Positions 1 to 11,509 of a stretch of 64,000 nt of DNA are shown here, one piece after another. Location: assembly GCF_037042905.1 (NCBI RefSeq), contig NC_087245.1:4590001-4654000 (forward strand), written 5' to 3'. Source of the stretch: Lytechinus pictus (taxonomy: Eukaryota). Both the position numbers and the translations under genes were made by a program. The notes under the pieces were generated by a model that ran no database searches, was not told the DNA's origin, and saw nothing but the letters and a program-made list of their open reading frames with translations. How positions within the stretch are numbered: position 1 is the stretch's first letter; each line of letters begins with the position of its first letter.

Positions 1-165
1 ATTCAAGGGCCATATGATAAAGTGAAAGTGACAAGAAAGGTGCACACATAGACTATTTAGGTGAAAACATCATCGATTACATCATAAACAATTTCCCCCA
101 AGATCGATGAATAATATTATATATACACCTTGCTCAGAAAAAGTATTATGGTTACGAAGTCTTGA

Positions 166-2494
166 CTACACCCTGTTGTAATGGTTGCCATCCTGGCAAC
201 CATATTGAAATCTATAAGTCCTTTTGAAATATCTGATAAGTGCACTTTGGGTCTTTACTGCGAGATTCTCCACTTTACGTTCCGCATCAGAGATATTGTT
301 AACATTTAATTCAGCAAGTAATAGGGCTCGTTGAATTATAAATCTAGGGCAAACATATAAGAAGTGGTAAATCGTTTCTCTTTCATTGCAGAAATCACAC
401 TTTCCAGTTGTGTGTCTTCCCGTCTTAAAAAGGAAGTCATTCAAACCCAAACCTCCCAAACGTAATCTGTGGATAATTTTTTCACCACTTTTGTCTGTGC
501 AGAGATAATCAAAGGGTGTTTTTTCTGATACAACTTTCTGGTATTTTCTTAATTCTGAAGTTGACTTGTCCCATCTCTTCTGCCATTCATTTCTTGCAAG
601 GACTCTTACAATCTTTTTTGTTTCTTGGATATTCAAACCATTATTTATCTCTATTTCTTGTTTTAGGGCTGCCTTTGCATAGAAGTCAGCCGTTTCGTTT
701 CCATTAACCCCACAGTGAGAAGGAATCCACTCTAAGCAAATCAATATACCTTTATATTTTAGACAAGTAGCGGTATTTATGATTTCTCTAACGAAATTAT
801 CATCGTTGTTTTCCTTCACTGCTTCGATAGCACTCAGAGAATCGGTAAAAATTACCACTTTATTATAAACATTCAAATTTTCCAACCACTGCAATGCCAG
901 AACAATGGCGACCAATTCTGATCTATACGATGATGTAAAATTTTGCATTCTTTTACATTCAATTACCCGCATAGCAGGCACGTAAAAACAAGCAGAGGCA
1001 TTGCCGTGCACCGGGTCTCTAGAACCATCAGTGTAAATATGGAGATTCTCTCTCCACTTTGTATTGATATACTCCACAGTTGTGTTATATTGATAAAAAA
1101 CGTTATCACTTTTGGATACAAGCTCATGCAGCTTCAATGACACTTCTGGTGGAGAGAGATGCCAAGGAGGCAAGGGTGTATAAGACTGAAAAGATTCAGT
1201 TGTGTAGTATATCTCATCTTCCAAAACTCTCAAACCAAAAGGTTTTCGTGCTTTCTTATTTTTTTCGTATTCAAATTGCCAACAGTTCTTCAATGAAGAT
1301 TGGAGTGGGTGTTTGGCGTTTTGTCTTATTTTTGCTTTGTAAACATTGCTAAGCATGTATCTTCTCAGATCGAGTGGTAATTCACCAGTATCTACCTGTA
1401 AGGATTCCAGGGAGGTACCCGGCAACGCCCCTGTGCACAATTTTAAAGCCTGGTATTGAATAGTCAACAAGAAGTTCTTCACATGATCATGAGCTGAATC
1501 ATATGCTTCTGCTGCATAATCCAACAATGGCCTGATGACCACTTTATAAAAAGTCAAAAGGCTTTTATAACTACTTCCCCACTTAGTTCCCACTAGTCTT
1601 TTCATTATATTTATTTTCTTTTTTGCTCTTGTTACAATCATATTTATATGTGGTCTCCATGTTAACTTTCTATCCAGTACTACTCCTAAAAATAGATGTT
1701 CGTCCTTTTGTGGTAAGGGGACCTCATCTAATTCAATCTGTACACATTTGTAAGTGTTACTAAAAAGCAAAGTAACAGATTTTTCTTTAGAAAGGGTAAA
1801 ACCCCATCTGTTGAACCACTCATTTAGGATATTCACATAGGTTTGTACTTTTCTTTTTAGAAAATCAATGTTTTTTCCACTTTTCCATATAACACAGTCG
1901 TCTGCGTATATAGAAATATTGACAGATTCGTCCATTGGTATGTCCGACAACATTAAATTGAAAAGGACGGGACTTAGGGAACTACCCTGCGGTAGCCCTT
2001 CATCTATGTCCTGTATAACTGAGAGGTACTTATTTGCCCTGACCTGGAAAGAGCGCCCGCTTAAATAGTTCCATAAGAACTTGACCATGTTGCCTTGGAA
2101 ACCAAGTTTATTAAGTTTATAAATCAAGCCTTCCTTCCATAGTCTATCATAAGCCTTCTCCATGTCAAAGAAAACGGCCAGGGTGTGTTCTTTATTCCCA
2201 ATACTTTTTTGAATGTCATTTTCAAGTTGGGTTATATTGTCTTTTGTGCTTCTTGCCTTTCTAAAAGCACTGTGGCAAGATGGTAACAAACTATGTTTTT
2301 CCGTAAACCATACCATTCTTTCTTTGATGATTTTCTCAACTATTTTGATGAAACAGTCATTAAGAGCGATAGGCCTGTAGGAAGAAACGTCTGTAGCTTC
2401 CTTGTGTGGTTTCAATATTGGGACTATGACGCAATGCTTACATTGGAGGGGAACAATTCCTGTTTCCCATATGCTATTAATTATAGTTAACATT
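166..2494 (-). CDS. LINE ORF2 C-terminal part: reverse transcriptase, RNase H and CCHC finger
   Basis: RT motifs YRPIAL, FFDMEKAYD, GLPQGSSLSP and YADD. RNase H motifs YTDGS, ELVAI, TDSLSA, WIPSH and GNETAD. C-terminal CDFC..H....C finger. Confidence 0.93.
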
Positions 2495-3952
2495 ATCACT
2501 CTCGTGTGAGAGATTTTTATATACTTCATACCCAACGCCATCTTTACCTGGAGAAGACTTTTTACATTTTTTTAAAGATATTCTCAATTCGTACATGGTA
2601 AAGGGTTCATTAAGGACACTACTACCCTTAGCATCACCAAATGATGATATGATGTCCTCATATTTTTTAACAATATCTATTTGTTCAGGGGTAAAAACTT
2701 TGCCCTTAAAACTATCGTTTATGTTTTTAAAGTGGTTGGCGAAAGTATCCGCAACGTCATTGCCAGTAACAACGGAACTATTCTCTCGCATGAGAACAAT
2801 GTTTTTCCTGGGCGAAATACCATCATTATTGATCCTTTTAATCATATTCCAGATCTCGGATAAAGGAGTAAAACGATCAATGTCTTGACAGTACTTTTCC
2901 CAGTAAACTCTTTTGGCTTGCCTTAAAGTTTTCTGGGCAATAGATCTTTTCTTCTTAAAATCCTCCAATAAATCTGGAGGGGGTATTACATAACTTTTCA
3001 ATTTGCTCCTTACTCTATTTCTTTCCTTTATTCTAGAGGAACATTCTTTATTCCACCATGGTACTGGGTTTTTCTTAATATTCTTGGTAGCTCGATGTCC
3101 TTTCAAATTTTCCAGGGTAATCTTAATTGATTCCATGAAAGAATCGAACTCTATGACCTTGCCTCCTTTCTGTAAGGTATTCCACTGCTCATCAGTTTGC
3201 CGCCTAAATTCATCCCAATTTACATTCTTTGTGGATAACATTGAACTGATTGACTGGGAGTGGTCGATCTTTGTTTGCGTACCATTCCCTTTCAGTATGT
3301 TCAACTGGCTTAACAATGGATAATGGTCACTTCCAAAGCTGTTATTCAGGACCTGCCACGTTGTTTTGTTCGCTGTACAAGGAGGGGCTAATGTTAGATC
3401 CAAACAAGAAAAATTACCCGTGTGGTAGTCTACTCTTGTGGCACTTCCATCATTTAAGATAACAAGATTTCTCTCGTTTGCAAATTCTTCCACTACTTTG
3501 CCATTAGCATCTGTTTTTTTACTGCCCCATAATGTATTATGGGCATTAAAGTCTCCCAATATTACAAAGTTTTTCCCCCTCACATTTTTTAAAAGTTCAT
3601 TCAGCGAATCTGTGCTAAGTTTGCTGCACGGGTTGTAGAAATTAACTACATTTAAAATCTCATCATCCAATAAAATTTCTAATGATATGATCTCCAGATC
3701 ATCGTGTTTAAAAACACCTTTGTAGTTTAGTGAGGAATGGACGTATATAGCGCAACCCCCTCGGGACCCTCCTTTTCTATTCCTATATTCACATATATAG
3801 TCTGGTATCTGTAAGACCCTCCCCTCTTCTAACCAAGTTTCTTGTACACAAATAATTTCTAAGGGTCTTTTTTGTTGATTCAAAAATCTAATAAGCTCAT
3901 CCCCGTGGCATTCAAGACCCTGTGCATTCCACTGGAGAATGCTGAATGCCAC
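2477..3952 (-). CDS. LINE ORF2 N-terminal part: apurinic-like endonuclease and linker (frameshifted from the RT part)
   Basis: Motifs ILQWNAQGL, CVQETW, GDFNAH, LDLTL, SDHYP, PWWN and SPGKDG. The expected start position carries GTG (3952-3950). Confidence 0.9.
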   Translation of the reverse strand: MAFSILQWNAQGLECHGDELIRFLNQQKRPLEIICVQETWLEEGRVLQIPDYICEYRNRKGGSRGGCAIYVHSSLNYKGVFKHDDLEIISLEILLDDEILNVVNFYNPCSKLSTDSLNELLKNVRGKNFVILGDFNAHNTLWGSKKTDANGKVVEEFANERNLVILNDGSATRVDYHTGNFSCLDLTLAPPCTANKTTWQVLNNSFGSDHYPLLSQLNILKGNGTQTKIDHSQSISSMLSTKNVNWDEFRRQTDEQWNTLQKGGKVIEFDSFMESIKITLENLKGHRATKNIKKNPVPWWNKECSSRIKERNRVRSKLKSYVIPPPDLLEDFKKKRSIAQKTLRQAKRVYWEKYCQDIDRFTPLSEIWNMIKRINNDGISPRKNIVLMRENSSVVTGNDVADTFANHFKNINDSFKGKVFTPEQIDIVKKYEDIISSFGDAKGSSVLNEPFTMYELRISLKKCKKSSPGKDGVGYEVYKNLSHESDNVNYN

Positions 3953-3965
3953 GAGGGTGATCAGA

Positions 3966-5279
3966 CTAGTAGAATAGGCTGCGAATCGACTGTAAATCAA
4001 CGTCTGTGGGATGTAAACCCAGAGTATCTTTCAAAATATGTGTTATTTCATCAAATGGATTACAGTCAGGCTTTGTTACTATTCTGATTAGTCTAATAAA
4101 GAAAGAAATAAGTGTGATGTCTGAAGCACCTTTCAAGAAATTACTATGCGTTTGGCCTACATTCTCAGACATTTTACTTGTCACCTCTGTTTTGGTAGAA
4201 AATTGCGAATCCGAGACGATTTCCATTTCGGTTTGATCAGAAACTGCATTTCCTTTCTGAGTGTTTATTCTATTAATTGGATTTGTTACTTTTTTAATTT
4301 CTGCCTTGTTTACAAAATGTTTTCCCTGCTTAATTTCCTCGTTTTGTTCGGAGCGTAGTCTCACTGCTTGCGCATATGAGATGCGATTTTGTACTTTAAT
4401 TTGCTGCACTTCTTGTGCTTCTTTTGATGCCTCACAACCTTTATAAGCAGCCGAATGATTACCATTGCAATTTACACATTTGAAATGTTGTCGCTCCAAT
4501 TCGCAATTTTCTACCGAATGTCCTAGGCCACATCTGGGGCACCTTTCCTTAGCACTACATCCACTTGCTAAATGCCCGTATCTTTGGCATTTAAAGCACC
4601 TGGGTGCTGGTGGAATGTATTCCTTGACTCTTATTTTCTGGAAGCAAAATTCAACATGTTCTGGAATTTGGGGGGTAGAGAAGAACAATATTACTGTCTT
4701 TAGGGGCTTCAAATCACCCTCAATTCGTTTCTTCATTCTCTCAACCTTCACTACTCTGCTTTGTTCTAGCTCCTTCAGAATATCTTCCTCAGAAGTTTCT
4801 AGAGAAATTCCAAATATGACCCCTTTCGAGGCATAGGTTTTTTCCTCTATTTTGACTGGAATATTGCCAATCTCTGGTATCTGAGTTAAGGCTTTACGTT
4901 GCTTGTCATTTTTACACTTTACTAAGAGGCCCTTCCCACCTCGTACAAACTTAATGAAGTCAGGGGGAGACCTGCAAGCCTTTCCAATATCCTTCTTGAC
5001 AGTTAGTTCATTAACTACACTAAGGTTTTTATTTCTATCAATAGGTACTAAGAGTACCTTTAGGTGGTCTGCTTTTGGGGCATTTATTCCTGTTTTGAAA
5101 GGAGTTGACGGCGGTGTGCCAAAATCGGTATCCGCTGCCAGCTCTTCAACATCACTTAAACTACCTTCTCTCATTCTTTTCTTGGCTAATTTTAGTTTTC
5201 TTATTACTTGAAAACCTCCCTCCTCTTCTGGAGGCTTGCGGTGAGCTAGATTCTCCGCCACGTTAGTGGCGCCCGCCAT
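3966..5279 (-). CDS. LINE ORF1, gag-like nucleic-acid-binding protein with three CCHC knuckles
   Basis: 437 aa ORF with an ATG start. Knuckles CFKCQRYGHLASGC, CPRCGLGHSVENC and CVNCNGNHSAAYKGC, then an ISYAQA motif typical of I-clade ORF1. Confidence 0.92.
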   Translation of the reverse strand: MAGATNVAENLAHRKPPEEEGGFQVIRKLKLAKKRMREGSLSDVEELAADTDFGTPPSTPFKTGINAPKADHLKVLLVPIDRNKNLSVVNELTVKKDIGKACRSPPDFIKFVRGGKGLLVKCKNDKQRKALTQIPEIGNIPVKIEEKTYASKGVIFGISLETSEEDILKELEQSRVVKVERMKKRIEGDLKPLKTVILFFSTPQIPEHVEFCFQKIRVKEYIPPAPRCFKCQRYGHLASGCSAKERCPRCGLGHSVENCELERQHFKCVNCNGNHSAAYKGCEASKEAQEVQQIKVQNRISYAQAVRLRSEQNEEIKQGKHFVNKAEIKKVTNPINRINTQKGNAVSDQTEMEIVSDSQFSTKTEVTSKMSENVGQTHSNFLKGASDITLISFFIRLIRIVTKPDCNPFDEITHILKDTLGLHPTDVDLQSIRSLFY

Positions 5280-5485
5280 TGTGGTTTGGCGGGAAATTCA
5301 AACCCTCGCTATATCTAAGTGCAGAGTGCGTGAAAGGCCCAAAAATGTCAGCTTACCCTTCTGCAATCCGAATTTCCCCAAAATTAGCAATAGCAAAATC
5401 CAAAAGGATCCAAGGTATAAATCCTAATTCCTATATAAATCCAAAAGATAGTCCAAAATCGAAAATGAAACAGCATAGCACAACA

Positions 5486-5528
5486 ACTCGACTCGACTCG
5501 ACTCGACTCGACTCGACTCGACTCGACT
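5486..5528. repeat. (ACTCG)8 pentanucleotide microsatellite at the LINE 5' end
   Basis: Eight perfect units plus ACT, read directly. Confidence 0.95.
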
Positions 5529-5529
5529 G

Positions 5530-5912
5530 CGCACGGGTTATATAGCGTCGGGAGCTATTGTCTGGCTCCACTCGGGCGTGAGCCGCGCTGTGATTGGCCG
5601 AAGCTGCTGGCCAATCAGGGTCCGCGCTGGTGCTTGGTGCCCGCTGGAGCGTGCACCGTGCGCTGTGATTGGCCGATGCGGCCGGCCAATCAGCATCTGC
5701 GCTGGTGTCAGGCACCTGCTGATGCGGGCGCCGTGCGCTCTGAACGGTGGATGCAGTATGCCGTCGGATGGCCGGTAACCATGCATCAGGGATCTCAATG
5801 CCGCTGTCCCTATTGATATTGCTCGGGTGCAAACGGATCTGAATCGCTTCCTTAACGCGCCGCGTATACCCAATGCTTATCATGAGCAACGCAGCTGACC
5901 TCATCCCATTGG
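5530..5912 (-). mobile_element. Penelope-like element fragment: GIY-YIG endonuclease C-terminus plus pseudo-LTR promoter region
   Basis: Minus-strand translation with one frameshift: WDEVSCVAHDKHW/YTRRVKEAIQIRLHPSNINRDSGIEIPDAWLPAIRR, matching the Penelope endonuclease end. Duplicated GATTGG..CCAATCA blocks and TATATAA (5544-5538) follow. Confidence 0.8.
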
Positions 5913-7519
5913 TAATAATATCTTTATGTGAGAAGTGAGATTGTTTATTAATAGAGTCAATGGCGACAATAGACAAATATGACTAATCGCCACTCAAACC
6001 AACATAAGAAGAAGAAGAATCGCCATCACGCATAAATTTTGGTGAGTTTTTATTTTTTTTAATGTTGTAAGGTCAGTAAGAATGATCTTCTTTTGAAAAG
6101 ATCATATGTTAGGCTAAGTATCACATTTATAAAATTGCATGAGTTCGTGATACTTTGAATGAGGGATGGGGGGAAAATGAGCAATGTATATTTGCACAAT
6201 AGCACTGTATGCTGCCGAGAACGAGGTTATATTATAACCTCGTTCCTAGGATGAGTGGGTGGATCCGACTTTCGCCAATAGGGGATGATGCCGGAAATTC
6301 TCTTTACGTATATTTTCCCTGATCAGTCACTTCTTACCTTTATTCTAACATAAATATGAAATATTCTTATAGTTATACTTATAGGCCCTGCTATATAAAA
6401 TGTGTGGCAAAATAAGGGTGACAATTTTGGCTTATTTTCTCTTTTTCTATGGGACAAATGCTTGATTTTCTTACACTGTCAGTTTCCAATAGAGCTATTC
6501 ATCATATTACTTTGCTCTTATGTAAATTTGATTCTTTAAATTATTTTTACTTAATTAAAATTAGAGATTGAATAATGAAAATTTTCTTGTCATATTACTT
6601 TCCACCAATAGAGGGCGTACACAAAAATGTGCCCAAAATTCAAGTTTTTGAGCGCTCTGGTGAATACAAAAAATTAGTGCACGCGAATCTTTCACACCCT
6701 TTTTGCTCAAATAACTATGATATACCATTATAGCTAAGATTTCTAATTGTGCTATGACACTTACCGAACCATATGGAACGTTTGTTGAATTCTCTTTGCT
6801 GTTTTTTTTAATAAAAAAAAAGCATTTTTGCTTGATCTTCACGTAGATGCCTCCTGATCAGCGTGGATATCAATTTTTGCCTAAAGAGGGCGCGCGATAT
6901 TATTCATATGACGGTTTGTACCGTTTGTCTGCAGCTTGTACTGCTAGCTGCATTCTAGGCGCTCAGCATTATTTTCTTGCTCGTTCAATCCACTTTCATC
7001 ATCATCTGTCAAAAGATGGCGTACTTTACCTGTAAGTATATACATGAAATGCAACCTGTTGCTAAAAATTGTTGACATTCCGACCTAAAAATGCTCATTT
7101 TAAGCACTTTTTGTAATCATAAATGGGATAGGTATGTAACTAAACAATTGATGCGAGCTCAAAGCACGGGCGGAAGAAAAATGAGATCTATTCATATTTT
7201 GTAAATGAATATCATATGGTTAATTGGGTATCATTAATAATGCGAGCGTGAAGCGCGGGCAGACAATTATTGAATATATGCAGGCTATCGTGCATGTTTT
7301 AGATTTAGACCTAGAATCTGGGCATTCTGAATACACTTGTTTAATCATGAAGATCAATAATGCTATTGCAAGCTGAAAACATTTGATATTCTGATATGAA
7401 AAAGGTCAATTTAAACACTATTTCAAGCACTTAATGAATGATGCCCTTGGTCTATAGTATAAATACTATCAGAAAATGAAACCTGTTCCTTAAAGAGCAA
7501 ATATTTCAACTAGATCTAG

Positions 7520-9830
7520 AACTAGTATTGGTAATACAAATAATGCCAATGGCAATGCCACTGCTGGAGGTGTTAATACTAGTGGTGGTAATAATAACCG
7601 AGGCAGAAGGAGCGTTGGGAATGCATGTCCAGGAAAGAGTGCCGGGATTCTTGCACCACAACAGAGTAGCCAGCCTAGATCTAGCTCACAGCCTATTCAG
7701 GCTGGTACTACTGAAATTATACCTGCTAGTTACAGTGTGTGGGTTTTGTGTGACATTGAGTTTGATCAAGATGAAGATAAACTTGTTGTTTGCAGTAGAT
7801 GCGACTATGCATTCTGTGTGTCTTGCCTGCAAATGCCTGATGATCAGTATGATTTTCTGGCAAACTCTAGTGCTGATCTACATTGGTATTGTCCAGATTG
7901 CAAACAGCCTCCTCTCCATGCTGTGCGAGATGAATTTGAAATTGAGGAGAGATGTCAGGTGTATTTTTCCAAATTGGCTGCTAGGATGGATCATTTTGAG
8001 GCACAATTAGCAGTCAAAGCCGATGTTTCAGTAACAAATGAGCTATTTCGCAGGGTTGAGAAGTTATATGGAGATAGTGAAGGTGAAGGATGAATATTGA
8101 CCGGCTATTCAGAGAAATTGATCAGTTGCAGGCCAGTCGCAGTGGTCTGGATGAGTCTGTTATTGCTGCCTATATCAATGAAATGGATGCAAGAAATAAG
8201 AGAAAGAAAAATGTGATACTTTTCAATGTGGAAGAGGAAGGTGACCACATAACATCTTGTAAGGAGCATGACACATCTGTTGCATCAAATCTAATCTCCA
8301 CGATCAGTGAGTCAGTTGGTAGTGTTGATGCTAATGACTGCAGGCGACTTGGCCAGAGAAATGCAAGTCAGGGTGACCAAAAACCCAAGCCTCGCCCACT
8401 CCGGTTGACAGTAGCATCTGAGCAACAGAGGGATGCTATACTGAAGAAGGCTAGTAGGCTGAGGGAGAATGTAGCGTCTAAGCACATTGCTATTCGTAAA
8501 GATATGACACCCATGGAGAGACAGCGTCACCGTGAAAATGCTTAAAAATGGAGAGCACACCATGCTCAAACTGAACGGGGCCCTGGATCTGGAAGGTCAG
8601 AAAGCCTCTGATCCAATGGGCATCCCAAGACAACTCCGCACAACCAGACTGGGCCGCAGGATCCATCTGGCTTTCCCCCATAGGGTGATAGTCGACAGTC
8701 AAAAAAGTAAATGACTTTCCATACAAATGTGATTGAAAATATGTTAGTTATTGTAAATGTGTTAGTATTTGTATATGCGTTGTTGCTTATATATTCAGTT
8801 AATCCGTTGCGTTAGGTGATCCCAGCAACACGTTAGAGCTAATGTAAGAATTCAAGATGTTCCAGAACAAAAGATGTTCCAGAATCGTTATCGCCACCCC
8901 TAAATACACAGTTGATTGATGACACAATTTTATTTGAAAATCCAACTCATGATACACTCTTAAGTACACAATCAATTGATGATAAACTCTCACTTGATGA
9001 CACTCTGTTGGATACACAGTCAAATGGGGACACTTTCTCCAATTCAGTCAAACGATGACGTGCTTAAATCTATGAGATGTATATACACAAATGCTGATTC
9101 GTTACGTAATAAAATGGCTGAACTTAAGACTTATCTGGAACGAGAAACCCCACATTATTGCTGGTACTGAAGTCAAACCAAAAAATTTCAGAGAAATTCA
9201 ACTCGAAGATTTTACTTTGAATGAATATGTAATACACTTCACTAATTAATGTTACTAATGCCCCTGGTAGGGGAATTATCATTTATGTTCATGAATCTTT
9301 GAGTGCTAATGCCGTCGACGTATCATCGCACCAAGACTTTGATGAAGTCGTTTCGGTTGAATTGCATTTAAGGGGTAAAGATAAGCTCTTAATTGTTTTT
9401 ATAGAAGTGACAGTGGAAGTAAGGCAAATAACATGGCATTGTTTAGCACAATAGCGAGTAATTCAAGGACGAAATGTAATCATGTTTTATTAATGGGGGA
9501 TTTCAATTACCCAGATATAAACTGGGATTCATGGAAGACTTCCAAAAATGAGAATAGTGAAGAATTTCACTTCATTGAATGTGTACGTAATGCCTTTTTG
9601 TATCAACATGTTAAACACACCCTACCAGGTTCAGGCATGGTTTCAAACCGAACATCCTTGACTTAATTTTTATGAATAGAGACGATCTTATTACAACAGT
9701 ACAACACTGCAGTCCTTTGGGTTCTAGTGACCATGCTATATTGCTGTTCAAACTGAACTGTTATTATGATCAGTCCAGTAGCATGGAAAAAGTATTTCTT
9801 TATGACAAAGCTAACTTTGTTGATATGACT
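7520..9830 (+). mobile_element. Decayed CR1-type LINE: PHD-finger ORF1 and endonuclease part of ORF2, 3' truncated
   Basis: PHD-like CSRCDYAFCVSC..WYCPDC (7737-8093); RKKNVILFNVEE..RRLG..KPRPLRL (8090-8545). ORF2 pieces YTNADSLRNK, MGDFNYPDINW and LGSSDH lie in different frames. Confidence 0.85.
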
Positions 9831-9970
9831 GAGGGAAGCCTTGGCTTCATTAGACTGGCATACATGTATTCCATTTTGATCAAATTTTCAGCATTTAGCT
9901 TTGTGAATTTTACTCTTATTTATTGAGATAGAGTGTATATTAAATATCTCCAGCCTGGACCATCCCTTAA

Positions 9971-10574
9971 AGGACAAGTCCACCCCAACAAATAGTTGAT
10001 TTGAAAAAAAGGAGAAAAATCCAACAAGCAAAACACTGAAAATTTCATCAAAATCGGATGTAAAATAAGAAAGTTATGACATTTTAAAGTTTCGCCTAAT
10101 TTCACAAAACAGTTATATGCACATCCTGGTTGGTATGCAAATTGGCAGACTGATGACGTCACCCACTCACTATTTCTTTTGTATTTTATTATATGAAATA
10201 TGAAATATTCTAATTTTCTCCCCCTTGTCAAGTGAAACAAAGTTTTATTTCTCCCTGAACATGTGGAATTACCATTATTTTAACAGTTTATGGTTAAGTT
10301 AAGTTGGTCCTTGTTGTCAAATCTGTAAAAATTGAAATATTGTATTATTCAAACAATAAAAAACAAAAGAAATAGTGAGTGATGGACATCATCGACTCTC
10401 TCATTTGCATATCACTGAGTTGTGCATTTAACTGTTTTGTGAAAAATAAGCGAAACTTGAAAATGTCATAACTTTCTTATTTTACATCCGATTTCGATGA
10501 AATTTGCAGCGTTATGTTTGTTTGATTTTTCTCTATTGATTCAAATCAACAATTTACTGGGGTGGACTTGACCT
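9971..10574. mobile_element. Kolobok-like MITE, copy 1
   Basis: TTAA on both sides; TIRs AGGACAAGTCCACCCC / GGGGTGGACTTGACCT; palindromic interior; near-identical copy at 15966. Preceded by the right end (about 9870-9966) of the family seen at 31887-34266. Confidence 0.85.
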
Positions 10575-11289
10575 TTAAATATAAAGTCAATGGAATACAT
10601 TGAAGCCGATTTTTGTTACCATTTTGAATGTTAGTCTTTAACAGGCTCTAACTTCTTTGTTTTTGATCCCTTTGTAGTAATTTAGCCTAGATGACTCCGT
10701 GATGATATTTTTCAATGATTTTGATATTGTCATTACATCACGGAGCCCACTCATTCAATGAACAAGGTTATGATATAACGGAGCGTACATGTAGACATGC
10801 ATATGGGACTGTGCCTAGCAAACTAACGATCAAAATAAGAAGGGAATCTCCTTCATATTTAACATTAGAACTAGCGATCCTATTTAGTATTTTAAACAAA
10901 AATTTCATTAAATTACATACCTTTATACACCTAATGCGTACCGTATGACCGTTTCCCCCCCAAAAAACATAAAAATTAGAGATTTCTTACCAGACCGATG
11001 TCATGTATCCATTCGTAAACACTGCAAATACAATAGACTTGACCATTGAACCGCTTCGATATGACGTAGCTTCGATGAGCTATGTTACGAAGTGCCGTTT
11101 TGAAGAACAATTCATAGATTAAAATTATTATTTATTGAATAATAAAATTTGAATATTGATTGTGAATGATTATTATAAGAATAATAATTATTTATAATCA
11201 ATATTCAAATTTATCATTTAATGAATAATAATTCTTTTTAGTGCAAAAAATTGCAGAATCTCAATAATTTTTGAACTATACCTTAATAA

Positions 11290-11509
11290 GCGATCCAATC
11301 ACGAGCCAAGACCATCACTATCGATACTTTCGAATATTTATCGGCCAAATTATTTTTGTGACTATGTGATCATGACGTGATTTGCGCGATGAACCAATCA
11401 GCAGTCTCCAAATTGCTGCCATGATCTTTGCGGAGCCTGGCAGTTTGTGCTACTCAGTCAATGGACAACATTTTGATGTAGATATTTTGATATACAGTTG
11501 TATAAATGT
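11290..11509 (+). promoter_or_regulatory. Candidate glutaminase promoter and non-coding first exon
   Basis: Locally CpG-enriched; CCAATCA at about 11295 and 11394; TGACGT motif at about 11373; GTGAGT donor at 11510; lies about 1 kb upstream of the ATG-bearing exon, which has an acceptor. Confidence 0.45.

Larger units (their letters stand above)
1..5529 (-). mobile_element. Non-LTR retrotransposon, I/Nimb-like clade, near full length; 3' end runs off the left edge
   Basis: Gag-like ORF1 followed by ORF2 with APE-RT-RNase H-CCHC. The 5' UTR begins at CAGT (5529) followed by a pentamer microsatellite. No poly(A) tail or TSD is seen in 1-165. Confidence 0.9.

Noticed and set aside
2477..2541. 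Programmed ribosomal frameshift in LINE ORF2
   Set aside because: No slippery heptamer or stimulatory structure at the switch point; APE-RT is normally one frame in this clade.
5431..5976. 181-aa ORF as an independent gene
   Set aside because: Chance read-through of a Penelope fragment, pLTR and microsatellite; only about 45 aa are homologous to anything recognisable.
6300..7450. Possible gene or first exon (ATGGCG..GTAAGT near 7016-7036)
   Set aside because: No supporting downstream exons or homology; surrounded by degenerate repeat-like motifs (GCGAGC..AAGCGCG).
7528..8010. 160-aa hydrophobic ORF
   Set aside because: Alternative frame over the CR1 ORF1 PHD region; no independent support.
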